60,642 bases of DNA from Myxococcota bacterium. Its GTDB lineage: Bacteria > Myxococcota_A > UBA9160 > UBA4427. The DNA is taken from assembly GCA_036336835.1 (NCBI GenBank), contig JAYZFK010000037.1:1-60642 (forward strand), written 5' to 3'. Position numbers and translations under genes: made by a program. How positions within the stretch are numbered: position 1 is the first letter of the stretch; each line of letters begins with the position of its first letter. The notes under the pieces are model-generated. The model made no database searches, had not been told where the DNA came from, and saw nothing but the letters and a program-made list of their open reading frames with translations. Below, piece after piece: positions 9,043 through 18,826 of this stretch.

Positions 9043-10079
9043 GCGCGGGCCAGCGCTCGCGCCGCGTCGGTGAAGGCGCGCACCCCCTCGACCGGAGTAT
9101 CGGGCAGACAGCCGTGTCCGAGGTTCAGCACGTAGCCGCGCGCGGGCGCTGCGGCCTCGGCCATTGCGCGTACCCGCTCGAACAGCACCTCACGCGGTGC
9201 CGCGAGCACGCAGGGATCGAGATTGCCCTGCAGCGAGACCCGCGAGCCGTAGTCGCGCGCCGCGTCGGCCAGCTCGACACGCCAGTCGAGCGAGATTACA
9301 TCAGCACCCGATTCTGCCATTAAATCAACGACATGGGCTCCATTGTTGACGTAGAGGATCAGCGGCGCAGCGGTCCGGTCCAGGCCCGCAGCAATGCGCT
9401 GGTGGCTGGGCAGGACCCACTCGCGGTAGTCCGCCGGAGAGAGCAGGCCGGCCCAGGTATCGAACAGCTGGACCGCGTGCGCGCCGGCCTCGATCTGGGC
9501 GTTGAGATAGTCGATCGTGAGTTGCTCGAGCTTCGCCAGCAGACTGCGCAGCAGCGGCGCCTGGCACAGCAACATGCGCTTCAGAGCGGAGAAATCCCGC
9601 GATCCAGCGCCCTCGACCAGGTACGCCGCGAGCGTAAAGGGTGCGCCGGCAAAGCCGAGCAGCGGGATCTCTCGTGGATCGAGCTCGGCCCGCAGCCGCC
9701 GCAGGATCTCGAACACGAAGGGCACATCCTCGCGCGGGTCGGCGGTGCGCATTGCCTCGACTTGCGCGGTCGTCCGGATCGGCTCTGCGATCACCGGGCC
9801 CGGAGCGAAGTCCACCTCGACCCCGAGCGCCGGGATGGGGGTGAAGATGTCCTGGAACAGGATCACGGCCTCGCTGCCCACGAGGTCGATCGGCTGCAAG
9901 GACACGCGGACCGCTCGCTCGACGTCGCGGCACATTGCCAGGAATCCGATGCCCTCGCGCACGGCGCGGTACTCGGGCAGATAGCGCCCGGCCTGCCGCA
10001 TCAGCCAGACAGGCGGCCGATCGACCGGCTCGCCGCGACAGGCGCGCAGCAAGCGCTCGGTACAGCTGAGTTCGGCGAT
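9039..10079 (-). CDS. hemE: Uroporphyrinogen decarboxylase (start either ATC 10079 or TTG 10052)
   Basis: [45 protein letters not shown]. Confidence 0.95.
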   Translation of the reverse strand: MAELSCTERLLRACRGEPVDRPPVWLMRQAGRYLPEYRAVREGIGFLAMCRDVERAVRVSLQPIDLVGSEAVILFQDIFTPIPALGVEVDFAPGPVIAEPIRTTAQVEAMRTADPREDVPFVFEILRRLRAELDPREIPLLGFAGAPFTLAAYLVEGAGSRDFSALKRMLLCQAPLLRSLLAKLEQLTIDYLNAQIEAGAHAVQLFDTWAGLLSPADYREWVLPSHQRIAAGLDRTAAPLILYVNNGAHVVDLMAESGADVISLDWRVELADAARDYGSRVSLQGNLDPCVLAAPREVLFERVRAMAEAAAPARGYVLNLGHGCLPDTPVEGVRAFTDAARALARA

Positions 10080-10235
10080 GGCTGGCCCCCCTTCGCAACG
10101 CCTCGCGCGTCACGTCCTTGGCAACCGACGCCACGTCCCAGGCAGCGATGCCAACATAGGCAATGGCCGGGGGCCCTGCCCCACCCGCGAGCCGCCCGCC
10201 GGCGCCGAGGCGAGGCCAGCTACCCTGCTCGGACC

Positions 10236-11174
10236 ATGCCCCGTCTGAGAATCCTGCTGGCCAGCCCGCGTGGCTTCTGCGCTGGCGTGGACCGAGCCAT
10301 CGAGATCGTCGAGCGCGCACTCGATCGCTACGGCGCTCCGGTCTACGTCCGCCACGAGATCGTTCACAACCAGCACGTGGTCGACGACTTGCGTGCCAAG
10401 GGCGCGATCTTCGTGGACCAGCCGAGTCAGGCACCGCGTGGCTCGCACCTGATCTACAGCGCCCACGGCGTTTCGCCCGCCGTCCGAGCGCAGGCGGCCG
10501 ACCAGGGACTGGACGACATCGACGCTACCTGCCCGCTCGTCACCAAGGTCCACAACGAGGTCAAGCGCATGGTGTCGGAGGGCTACGAGCTCGTGATGAT
10601 CGGCCATGCCGGGCACGTCGAGGTCGAAGGCACCGTCGGCCAGGCGCCCAATCGCATGACGCTGGTCGAGACGGTGGAGGACGTCGCGCGACTGACGGTG
10701 CGCGACCCCGAGAGGCTCGGCTGCGTCACCCAGACGACACTCTCGGTCGACGACACCCGCGAGATCGTGGCCGCGCTGCGGCGCCGCTTTCCGCACATCT
10801 CGCTGCCCAAACGCGACGACATCTGCTACGCGACGCAAAACCGCCAGGACGCCGTCAAGCAGCTCGCACAGCAAGCAGAGCTCGTTCTGGTCGTTGGAGC
10901 TCCGAGCTCTTCGAACTCGAACCGCCTGGTCGAGGTGGCAACCAAGCTCGAGGCCAACAGCTACCTGATCCAGGACGCCCAAGAAATCGAGCCGGCCTGG
11001 CTCGAGGGGGTGACCTGCGTCGGCGTTACCGCCGGCGCGTCGTCCCCCGAGTTCCTGGTCCAGCAGGTCGTCGCACGGCTGCAGGAGCTGGCCGGCGAGT
11101 GCGAGGTCGGCTCGCAGGCCGAGGTCGACGAAGGCGTCACCTTCAAGATGCCACCCGAGCTGCGCGCCGACTAG
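10236..11174 (+). CDS. ispH: 4-hydroxy-3-methylbut-2-enyl diphosphate reductase
   Basis: [44 protein letters not shown]. Confidence 0.97.
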   Translation: MPRLRILLASPRGFCAGVDRAIEIVERALDRYGAPVYVRHEIVHNQHVVDDLRAKGAIFVDQPSQAPRGSHLIYSAHGVSPAVRAQAADQGLDDIDATCPLVTKVHNEVKRMVSEGYELVMIGHAGHVEVEGTVGQAPNRMTLVETVEDVARLTVRDPERLGCVTQTTLSVDDTREIVAALRRRFPHISLPKRDDICYATQNRQDAVKQLAQQAELVLVVGAPSSSNSNRLVEVATKLEANSYLIQDAQEIEPAWLEGVTCVGVTAGASSPEFLVQQVVARLQELAGECEVGSQAEVDEGVTFKMPPELRAD

Positions 11175-11392
11175 CCGGGATCTGGGCCTCACGCGAACCT
11201 TGCGGACGACCGCCTCGGGGCCGGCTCTGGCTGGTGACGATCGGCGCCGAGGCTGGCGGCAGGCTCGCGTGACGCGCTGGAGCGACGGAGTCCTGGCTGC
11301 CCCGGAACGGCCTCACCGCGCACCTGAATCATTCCGCGCGCCGTGCCGTCTCAGATTCCGAGAGCGCACGAAGCGCTCGGGGAGAACCAGCC

Positions 11393-11896
11393 ATGACGAC
11401 TCCGCTTGCCACCCATGACCGGAACGCATCGCGCACAGCCCTGTTCGGGGCGGCTCTCGCACTGGGGTTTGGCACGCTGCTCGGAGCAGCAACGCCGGCC
11501 GACGCGCGCGACGAGTTCAAGAACGGCTTCGAGCACGAGTTCGGCCGCATCGTCGCGCACGGCGTGGCAGCGCTCGGACACTCGGTCCTCGCCCCTGCGA
11601 TCGGGGTCCACCGAGAGATCCACCACGCTCGCCCGCGCCACCACGCGCGTCGCGATTTCCGGCGCTGGCACCATCGCAGGCACCGCGAGCGATACCGGCA
11701 CCACCACAGGCACCACAGGCAATACCGGCACCACCGAGGGCAGCGGCACGGCCAATTTTGCGGCCACGCGCATGCTCGCGCGCAGCGGACCGCGATCCGC
11801 GAGCACGGCCGCGGCAACCGCCACGAACGCTACGACAGCAGCGAACGCCGCCCCCGGCAGAGCCGCCACGAGCGGCACAGTCGCTACGAGTACTGA
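11393..11896 (+). CDS. Secreted His/Arg-rich low-complexity protein
   Basis: SD GGGGAG; signal peptide ending ATPADA; C-terminal two thirds dominated by H/R repeats. Confidence 0.65.
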   Translation: MTTPLATHDRNASRTALFGAALALGFGTLLGAATPADARDEFKNGFEHEFGRIVAHGVAALGHSVLAPAIGVHREIHHARPRHHARRDFRRWHHRRHRERYRHHHRHHRQYRHHRGQRHGQFCGHAHARAQRTAIREHGRGNRHERYDSSERRPRQSRHERHSRYEY

Positions 11897-11904
11897 GCCG
11901 GCTA

Positions 11905-11930
11905 CGGGGATCGGCAGTCGCCGGTCCCCG
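11905..11930. terminator. Hairpin between convergent genes
   Basis: CGGGGATCGGC-AGTC-GCCGGTCCCCG, 11-bp stem with one G-U pair; no clear U tract. Confidence 0.45.
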
Positions 11931-11950
11931 CGCATCGTCTCGAGGCCGAG

Positions 11951-14269
11951 CTACGAGAGCGCCGACTCGCGCTTGGCGGGATCGTCCGACTCGGGCTCTT
12001 TGGCGGCGTCCGGAGAGGAGAAGGCCAGACGTTCCCGACCTGCCTCGACGTCGACCACCACGCGGCCGCCCTTCGCCAGCCTGCCGAACAGTACGTCGTC
12101 GGTGAGCGGATCCTTGAGCTGCTTCTGGATCACCCGCTCGAGCGGGCGGGCGCCGAAGTCGGCGTCGTAGCCCTTCTCGGCGAGCCACTCGCGGGCCGCC
12201 GGCAGCAGATCGATCACGATGCGCCGCTCGGCCAGCTGCGTCTCGACCTCGCGAACGAACTTGTCGACGACGAGCCCCATCACTTCGGGCTCGAGATGGT
12301 CGAAATTCACGATCTCATCGAGACGGTTGCGAAACTCGGGGCTGAAGATGCGCTCGATCTCTCGGCTGCCGTCACCGCGTGCCGCGCTGCCGAAGCCGAT
12401 CGCCCGCGCGGCGATCTCCCGGGCTCCCGCGTTCGAGGTCATGATCAGCGTGACGTGGCGGAAGTCCGCCTCGCGACCCTGATTGTCCGTGAGTACGGCG
12501 CGGTCCATCACCTGGAGCAGCACGTCGAAGATGTCCCCGTGCGCCTTCTCGATCTCGTCGAGCAGCAGCACCGCGTGAGGGTGCTTTCGGACCGCCTCGA
12601 CGAGCTGGCCCCCCTGGTCGTAGCCGACGTAGCCGGGCGGCGCGCCGATCAGCCGGGACACCGCGTGCTTCTCCATGTACTCACTCATGTCGAAGCGCAA
12701 GAACGGCACACCGAGCACAATCGCCAGCTGCTTGGCGAGCTCAGTCTTGCCGACACCCGTCGGGCCGGTGAACAGGAAGGAGCCGGTCGGCTTGTCGACC
12801 CCGCCCAGGCCAGCGCGCGAGCGCTTGACGGCGTGCACGACGGTCTCGACCGCGCCGGCCTGGCCGAAGACCGTGCTCGACAGCGACTCGCGCAGGCCCT
12901 CGAGCCGCTGGCGGTCGCTGCCGACCGTGCGTTCGATCGGGATCCGAGCCATGCGCGCAACCACCTGCTCGATGTCGCGCACGCCGACCGTCTTGCGCGG
13001 GCGCTTCGAGGGCCGCAAGCGAACCGCAGCGCCCGTCTCGTCGAGCACGTCGATTGCCTTGTCCGGCAGGAAGCGGTCGTTGACGTGGCGCACCGACAGA
13101 TCGACACAGGCCTGAAGCGCCGAGGCCGTGTAGCGCACGCCGTGGTGTTCCTCATAGCGCGGTGCGAGCCCGCGCAGGATGCGCACACTCTCTTCGGGGG
13201 TCGGCTCTGCGACGTCCACCTTCTGGAAGCGGCGCGACAGCGCGCGGTCGCGCTCGAAATGGCGATACTCCTGATACGTGGTCGAACCCATGCAGCGCAG
13301 CCGCCCCTCGGCGAGCAGCGGCTTCAGCAAATTCGAGGCGTCGACCGTGGTGCCCTGGGCCGAGCCAGCGCCCAGGATCGTATGGATCTCGTCGATGAAC
13401 AGGATCGGCTTGGGCCGCTCCTCGAGCGCGGCGATGAGCGCCTTGAAGCGCGCCTCGAAGTCACCGCGGTAGCGGGTCCCGGCCAGCAGAGAGCCGAGAT
13501 CGAGCGAGAAGATCTCGCACTCCCGCAAATCGTCGGGCACCCGCCCCTCGTGGATGCGCAGCGCCAGCCCCTCGGCGAGCGCCGTCTTGCCGACGCCCGT
13601 CTCGCCGACGAAGATCGGGTTGTTCTTGCGCCGCCGGGCCAGGATGTGAACCGTGCGGTCGAGCTCGGCGCCGCGCCCGATCAGCGGATCGAGCTCACCG
13701 CTGCCGGCGCGCTCGGCGAGATTGCTCGTAAAGGCCTCGAGCGGATCCGGAGGCATCTCGCCCTCGTCGTCGAGCCCGCCCAGTACGGGCCCAGCCGCAC
13801 CCGCCTCACCGTCCGCCGTCCCGCGGTCCCGCAGCTTCGAAACGCCGTGCGAGATGTACTGCAATACGTCGAGCCGGCTGACCTCTTGCGAGCGCAGCGC
13901 CGTGACGGCGAACGAGTCCGGCTCCTGGAAGATGGCCACCAGCAGGTCGCCGACCTCGACCTCCTCCTTCTCGGCGCCCTCGCAGTGGTCGATCGCGTGC
14001 TGCAGCACGCGGTGAAAGGCGAGTGTCTGCTGGGCTTCGATGGGATCGTCGCCGGGCACCGCCTCGAGGTCCCGATCGAAATAGCGCTCGAGATCGCTGC
14101 GGAGCTTGTCGAGGATGATGCCCGAGTGGCGCAGGATCTCGGCCCCCTCGGCGTGGTGGAGCAACGCGTACAGCAGGTGCTCCACCGTCAGATAGGCGTG
14201 GCGGCGCGACACCGCCTCCCGGTAGGCAGCCTGCAGCGTCATCTGGAGCTCTCGCCCGACGTGGCTCAT
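11951..14269 (-). CDS. clpA: ATP-dependent Clp protease ATP-binding subunit ClpA
   Basis: Two AAA modules (GETGVGKT, GPTGVGKT), IGF loop, FDMSEYMEKH; directly downstream of clpS. Confidence 0.96.
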   Translation of the reverse strand: MSHVGRELQMTLQAAYREAVSRRHAYLTVEHLLYALLHHAEGAEILRHSGIILDKLRSDLERYFDRDLEAVPGDDPIEAQQTLAFHRVLQHAIDHCEGAEKEEVEVGDLLVAIFQEPDSFAVTALRSQEVSRLDVLQYISHGVSKLRDRGTADGEAGAAGPVLGGLDDEGEMPPDPLEAFTSNLAERAGSGELDPLIGRGAELDRTVHILARRRKNNPIFVGETGVGKTALAEGLALRIHEGRVPDDLRECEIFSLDLGSLLAGTRYRGDFEARFKALIAALEERPKPILFIDEIHTILGAGSAQGTTVDASNLLKPLLAEGRLRCMGSTTYQEYRHFERDRALSRRFQKVDVAEPTPEESVRILRGLAPRYEEHHGVRYTASALQACVDLSVRHVNDRFLPDKAIDVLDETGAAVRLRPSKRPRKTVGVRDIEQVVARMARIPIERTVGSDRQRLEGLRESLSSTVFGQAGAVETVVHAVKRSRAGLGGVDKPTGSFLFTGPTGVGKTELAKQLAIVLGVPFLRFDMSEYMEKHAVSRLIGAPPGYVGYDQGGQLVEAVRKHPHAVLLLDEIEKAHGDIFDVLLQVMDRAVLTDNQGREADFRHVTLIMTSNAGAREIAARAIGFGSAARGDGSREIERIFSPEFRNRLDEIVNFDHLEPEVMGLVVDKFVREVETQLAERRIVIDLLPAAREWLAEKGYDADFGARPLERVIQKQLKDPLTDDVLFGRLAKGGRVVVDVEAGRERLAFSSPDAAKEPESDDPAKRESALS

Positions 14270-14270
14270 G

Positions 14271-14612
14271 TCATTCCTTCTCGACACCCGCCCTCAGCGG
14301 GTATCCACGCTCCTCGGCCAGCCGGTGCACGCTGCTGACCTTCGTTTCAGCGATCTGGAGTACATAGACCCCGCCGACGCCTTGTCCAGCGCGGTGGATC
14401 TGGAGCATCAGCTGCGTCGCGGCCGAGGGCGTCTTCTCGAAGACGCGCTCGAGCAGCATCACGACGAATTCCATCGGGGTGTAGTCGTCGTTGTAGAGCA
14501 GGACCTTGTAGCGCTCGGGCCGGGCGACCTTGCGGCGCGTCTCGGTGGCGACCCCTCCCTCGCGTTGAGGATCGCCCGGCGGCTTGGCCGGCACCCCGGG
14601 ATCGTTCGACAT
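14271..14612 (-). CDS. clpS: Clp protease adaptor ClpS
   Basis: YKVLLYNDDYTPMEFVV, IAETKV, YPLR. Confidence 0.96.
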   Translation of the reverse strand: MSNDPGVPAKPPGDPQREGGVATETRRKVARPERYKVLLYNDDYTPMEFVVMLLERVFEKTPSAATQLMLQIHRAGQGVGGVYVLQIAETKVSSVHRLAEERGYPLRAGVEKE

Positions 14613-14672
14613 GCGACCGAGAATAATCCGCTCCGGCCGGCGCGGCGAACGCGGCCGAGTAGACTGGCCTCC
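14613..14672. promoter_or_regulatory. Divergent leaderless-type promoters for clpS and the GNAT gene
   Basis: Minus-strand TATTCT (14625-14620) 7 nt before the clpS ATG; plus-strand TAGACT (14660-14665) 7 nt before GTG 14673; no SD on either side. Confidence 0.55.
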
Positions 14673-15836
14673 GTGACGAAGGAGAACCAGGAGGCGGGCG
14701 AACTCCGGGTCGAGCTCGCGGACGGTGTGAGCCTGCTCGATCGCAGCGAATGGAACGCACTGGTTGGGGACGAGTCCCCCTTCCTCGAGTGGGAGTGGCT
14801 GGCCTCGCTCGAGGAGGCGGGCTGCGTGGGCGCGCGCACCGGCTGGGACCCGCGGCCGCTCGTCGTGCGCGAAGGCGAGCGTCTCGTCGCGGCGTGCCCG
14901 CTGTACGTGAAATCGCACAGTGAAGGTGAATTCGTCTTCGACTGGGGTTGGGCGGACGCCGCCGAGCGCAGCGGCATCCGCTACTACCCCAAGCTGTTGG
15001 TCGGCGTTCCGTTTACCCCCGTGGGCGGCCAGCGTCTGCTGACCGCGTCCGACGCCGACGCCAGCCGCTACGGTCCAGTCCTCGCCGGTGCGCTGCGCGA
15101 GATCTGCCGCGACAACGAGCTGTCGAGTGTTCACGTCAACTTCTGCCGCGAGGACGAGGCCGACCTGCTCGAGCAAGAGGGCTACCTCAAGCGCGTCGGC
15201 ATCCAGTACCACTGGCACAACGAGGGCTACGCGACCTTCGAAGACTACCTCGACCGCTTCCGCAGCAAGCGCCGCAACCAGGTGCGGCGCGAGCGTCGCG
15301 AGGTCGCGCGCCAGGACGTTCGCGTCGAGGCCCTCGCCGGCGATGAGATCGGCGACGAGTTGTTCGAACCGATGTATCGCTTCTACCTGTCGACCATCCA
15401 CGACAGGGCTTGGGGCCGGCAGTACCTGAACCCTGATTTCTTCGAGCTGCTGCGCGAGCGCTTCCGCAGCCGCCTGGTATTCGTGGTCGCCCTCCGGAGC
15501 GGAGTACCCATCGCCGGCGCCTTCAACGTCGCCAAGGGCGAGACGCTCTACGGCCGCTACTGGGGCAGCGACGAGCACGTACGCAACCTCCACTTCGAGG
15601 TCTGCTACTACGCCGGCATCGAGCACTGCATCGAACGGGGCCTGTCGCGCTTCGAGCCCGGCGCCGGGGGCGAGTACAAACAGCTGCGCGGCTTCGACGC
15701 CCGGCCAACCTGGAGCAGCCACTTCGTGCTCGATCCGCGACTACGCGCCGCCATCGATCGCTTCCTGGAGGCCGAGCGCCACGAGGCCGCGGAGGCCATC
15801 GACCTGCTGCAAGAGCGCAGTGCCCTGAAGTCCTGA
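14673..15836 (+). CDS. FemAB-like GNAT family protein (DUF482-type)
   Basis: PLYVKSHSEGEFVFDWGWA, YYPKL..PFTP, LYGRYWG, LHFEVCYY, FEPGAGGEYK. Confidence 0.88.
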   Translation: MTKENQEAGELRVELADGVSLLDRSEWNALVGDESPFLEWEWLASLEEAGCVGARTGWDPRPLVVREGERLVAACPLYVKSHSEGEFVFDWGWADAAERSGIRYYPKLLVGVPFTPVGGQRLLTASDADASRYGPVLAGALREICRDNELSSVHVNFCREDEADLLEQEGYLKRVGIQYHWHNEGYATFEDYLDRFRSKRRNQVRRERREVARQDVRVEALAGDEIGDELFEPMYRFYLSTIHDRAWGRQYLNPDFFELLRERFRSRLVFVVALRSGVPIAGAFNVAKGETLYGRYWGSDEHVRNLHFEVCYYAGIEHCIERGLSRFEPGAGGEYKQLRGFDARPTWSSHFVLDPRLRAAIDRFLEAERHEAAEAIDLLQERSALKS

Positions 15837-15983
15837 CCGTCGCCCACCCGCTCCAGAGTGCGGCTAGCGCCTGCAAGTTCCCGCCGGTATTACGCCTTCA
15901 GCCGCCGGGCCGACCTGCCGATGGACCGCTGGGGTGGGGTCGGGCCCGCCGGCGCAGTGGTGCGCGATCCAGCGGAGGCGAGT

Positions 15984-17390
15984 TTGAACCCGGGCGAACG
16001 AATCGGTCCCTACCGCATCGTGCAACGACTCGGCGAGGGCGGCATCGGCGAGGTGTTCCGAGCCGTCGACGAGACGTTGGCGCGCGAGGTCGCCATCAAG
16101 CGGTTGCGCCCGGAGCTCGCGGAGCGCGAGCAGCTGGTCGCGCGCTTCCGCGCCGAAGCGCAGACGCTCGCCCGGCTCAATCACCCCCACATCGCCACGC
16201 TCTACGCGCTCGAGCACAGCGACGGCGCGATGTGCATGGTGATGGAGTACGTCGAGGGCGAGACCATTGCGGCACTGCTACGCGAGCGCGGCCCGCTCGA
16301 GCTCGAGCCCGCCCTGCGACTCGGCATCCAGGCGCTCGACGGCATCGGCTACGCCCACGCGCGCGGCGTGATCCACCGCGACATCAAGGGATCGAACCTG
16401 ATGCTCGACACCGCGGGCACGCTCAAGGTCATGGACTTCGGTATCGCCCGCGTGCTCGGCGAGCAGCGTCAGACGCGCGCGGGCCAGCTGGTCGGCACTC
16501 CCGAGTTCATGGCGCCCGAGCAGATCCGCGGCGAGGACGCCGACGAACGCTCCGACCTCTACTCGCTCGGGATCCTGATCTTCGCGCTGATCTCGGGCCG
16601 AGGCCCGTTTCGCGCTCACAGCGAGTACGACCTGATGAAGGCACAGGTCGAGGCCGCGGCCCCCTCGCTTCGCGAGGTGTGCCCGGAGGCCCCCGCCGAA
16701 CTCGCGGCGGTCCTGGGACGAGCCCGCGCCAAGCGACCCGAGGATCGCTTTCAGAGCGCTGCCGAGCTGCGCGAAGCCCTGGAGAGCCTTGCCGAACACC
16801 CGACCCCGATCGGCGAGTTCGTCTGGCCGGTGCGCGCATCGTCCGCGGAAGCCGAGACGTCGCTGCTGACCGACACGGGCGTGGATCCCGACGCGGCGAC
16901 TCTCGAGTCGGACCCGGTATCGCCGGAGCGGGCACTGCCGTTGATCGACGCCGAGCTGATCGCCGAGCCCCGCCCCACGGTCGCCGAGACCCACACCCGG
17001 GGCCCGCGCTGGGGGTGGCTGCCCTGGCTCGCAGCACTCGGCTTCGCCGTCGGGGTGGTGATCGGCCTCGACGTACTCGAGACCCGGCGGTCCGATGCCG
17101 GCGAGAGCCCGTCCCACGAGGCCCCCGGCGAACACCTCGGACCGGAGCAAGGGCCACTCGCGGCGCGCCCGGATCGGCCGGCCGACCCGCACGAAGGCCC
17201 GCACCCGGGTGATCTGCCACCCGCCACTGGGCTCGTCTGGGGGGCCGACGAGGCGCCGGGAGCACAAGCCGGCGACGAAAACGGTCGATTCGACCAGCAG
17301 ACTCCGCGGCGGCCAAAGTCTGGGCGCTCGGGCGGCCCGCGAACGCAGGGAGCGCAGGGAGAGAACGAATGGGTGATCCGAAGGCGCTGA
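15984..17390 (+). CDS. Membrane Hanks-type Ser/Thr protein kinase
   Basis: GEGGIGEV, VAIK, HRDIKGSN, DFG, APE; TM helix WLAALGFAVGVVIGL; TTG start with GGAGG SD. Confidence 0.92.
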   Translation: MNPGERIGPYRIVQRLGEGGIGEVFRAVDETLAREVAIKRLRPELAEREQLVARFRAEAQTLARLNHPHIATLYALEHSDGAMCMVMEYVEGETIAALLRERGPLELEPALRLGIQALDGIGYAHARGVIHRDIKGSNLMLDTAGTLKVMDFGIARVLGEQRQTRAGQLVGTPEFMAPEQIRGEDADERSDLYSLGILIFALISGRGPFRAHSEYDLMKAQVEAAAPSLREVCPEAPAELAAVLGRARAKRPEDRFQSAAELREALESLAEHPTPIGEFVWPVRASSAEAETSLLTDTGVDPDAATLESDPVSPERALPLIDAELIAEPRPTVAETHTRGPRWGWLPWLAALGFAVGVVIGLDVLETRRSDAGESPSHEAPGEHLGPEQGPLAARPDRPADPHEGPHPGDLPPATGLVWGADEAPGAQAGDENGRFDQQTPRRPKSGRSGGPRTQGAQGENEWVIRRR

Positions 17391-17866
17391 CTCGAACCGC
17401 GCGCAACCTGGCAGCCGTGGTCGCGATCGCCACGCTGCTCGGCTGTGTGCAGATCCAGCTCAAGCTGCGCGAGCCGGGAGAGTTCAATCGCGCCTTCCCG
17501 GGCGAGATCGCCGACGAGTATCAGTGCAGCGAGCGTCGGCTGCCCTTCTTCGAGATCGAGGAAGACCAGCTGCTGCCGGAGCGCGTTGCTCCGGGGAGCG
17601 AGTTCAGCCACCGGCTGCAGTACGTGCTGTGCCCCGTCGAAGAGACCCAGGTCGTCAGCGGCACGCTCCACACCCGCATCCTGTACAAGGGCAAGCCCAT
17701 CTACAGCGAAACCAGCACCCGAGATCTGCTGCCGGGCCGCTGGATCGTCGACGAGTTCGTCACGCTGCCGCACGACGCCAAGCCGGGTGTCTACGCGCTC
17801 CAGAGCCAGTTCGAGAGCCGGCACGGCGGGTTCGACTCGCGCTCGACCTTCCTGGTCGAAGACTGA
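17369..17866 (+). CDS. Hypothetical lipoprotein
   Basis: Signal peptide with lipobox LLGC; overlaps the 3' end of the kinase gene; GC-rich third codon positions. Confidence 0.7.
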   Translation: MGDPKALTRTARNLAAVVAIATLLGCVQIQLKLREPGEFNRAFPGEIADEYQCSERRLPFFEIEEDQLLPERVAPGSEFSHRLQYVLCPVEETQVVSGTLHTRILYKGKPIYSETSTRDLLPGRWIVDEFVTLPHDAKPGVYALQSQFESRHGGFDSRSTFLVED

Positions 17867-17878
17867 GCCCGAATCCGC

Positions 17879-18805
17879 TCAGCCCCGCGCCTCGCGTGCG
17901 GCACGCAGGCGCGCAAAGTCGTCCGCCGCGTGGTAGGACGACCGAGTCAGCGGCGACGACGCGACCAGCAGGAAGCCCCTGGCCCGCGCGGCCGCTGCAT
18001 AGCGGTCGAACTCGCTCGGCTCGACGTAGCGCGCGATCTCAGCGTGCCGCGGAGTCGGCTGCAGATACTGGCCAATCGTCAGGAAGTCGCAGTCGACGTC
18101 CCGCAGATCGTCCATCAGCCCGAGGACCTCATCGGTCTGCTCGCCCAGCCCAACCATGATGCCGCTCTTGGTGAAGACGCCGGGAGCGGCCTGCTTCACG
18201 CGCCGCAAGAGCTCGAGCGAGTCGCGGTAGCTGGCACCGGGCCGAATCCGCCGGTACAGCCGCGGCACCGTCTCGAGGTTGTGGTTGAACACGTCGGGAG
18301 CGGCCGCCGCCACGCGCAAGCCCGCATCGCCCTTGCGCCGGAAATCAGGCGTTAGCACCTCGACGGTCGTCGCGGGTGCGTGGGCGCGCAGGGCAGCGAT
18401 GCAGCGAACGAAGTGCTCGGCACCCCCATCGGGCAGATCGTCGCGGTCGACCGATGTCACGACGACGTGGCGCAGATCGAGTTCGGCAATCGCCTGGGCG
18501 AGACGACCCGGCTCTTCGGGATCGACCGGGGCCGGCACACCGGTCTCGACGTTGCAGAAGGCGCAGGCGCGCGTGCACACGCTGCCGAGGATCATCACGG
18601 TTGCGTGCCGCTGCGCCCAGCACTCGCCGATGTTGGGACACGCCGCCTCCTCGCACACAGTGTGGAGTGAGAGCCGACGCATCAACGCCCGGGTATTGGC
18701 CACCGCCGGGTCCGCCGACAGGCGCACGCGGAGCCACGGCGGCCGCGCCGGGCGAGCACGGCCGCTGGTGGCCAAACCATCGATCTGCAGCAGCTCGTCG
18801 GACAT
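17879..18805 (-). CDS. lipA: Lipoyl synthase
   Basis: [33 protein letters not shown]. Confidence 0.97.
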   Translation of the reverse strand: MSDELLQIDGLATSGRARPARPPWLRVRLSADPAVANTRALMRRLSLHTVCEEAACPNIGECWAQRHATVMILGSVCTRACAFCNVETGVPAPVDPEEPGRLAQAIAELDLRHVVVTSVDRDDLPDGGAEHFVRCIAALRAHAPATTVEVLTPDFRRKGDAGLRVAAAAPDVFNHNLETVPRLYRRIRPGASYRDSLELLRRVKQAAPGVFTKSGIMVGLGEQTDEVLGLMDDLRDVDCDFLTIGQYLQPTPRHAEIARYVEPSEFDRYAAAARARGFLLVASSPLTRSSYHAADDFARLRAAREARG

Positions 18806-18826
18806 GTCGTCTCCGCCTGCCCGGGC

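Noticed and set aside
11175..11392. Possible ncRNA or riboswitch in the larger intergenic gaps (also 20231-20483, 39644-39914)
   Set aside because: No recognisable tRNA, riboswitch or sRNA consensus by eye; an Rfam/Infernal scan would be needed to exclude one.
9333..15722. Long N-terminal extensions on ispH (9333), the GNAT (14268) and clpS (15722)
   Set aside because: They are antisense to hemE, clpS and the GNAT gene respectively; stop-poor antisense frames are expected at this GC content.
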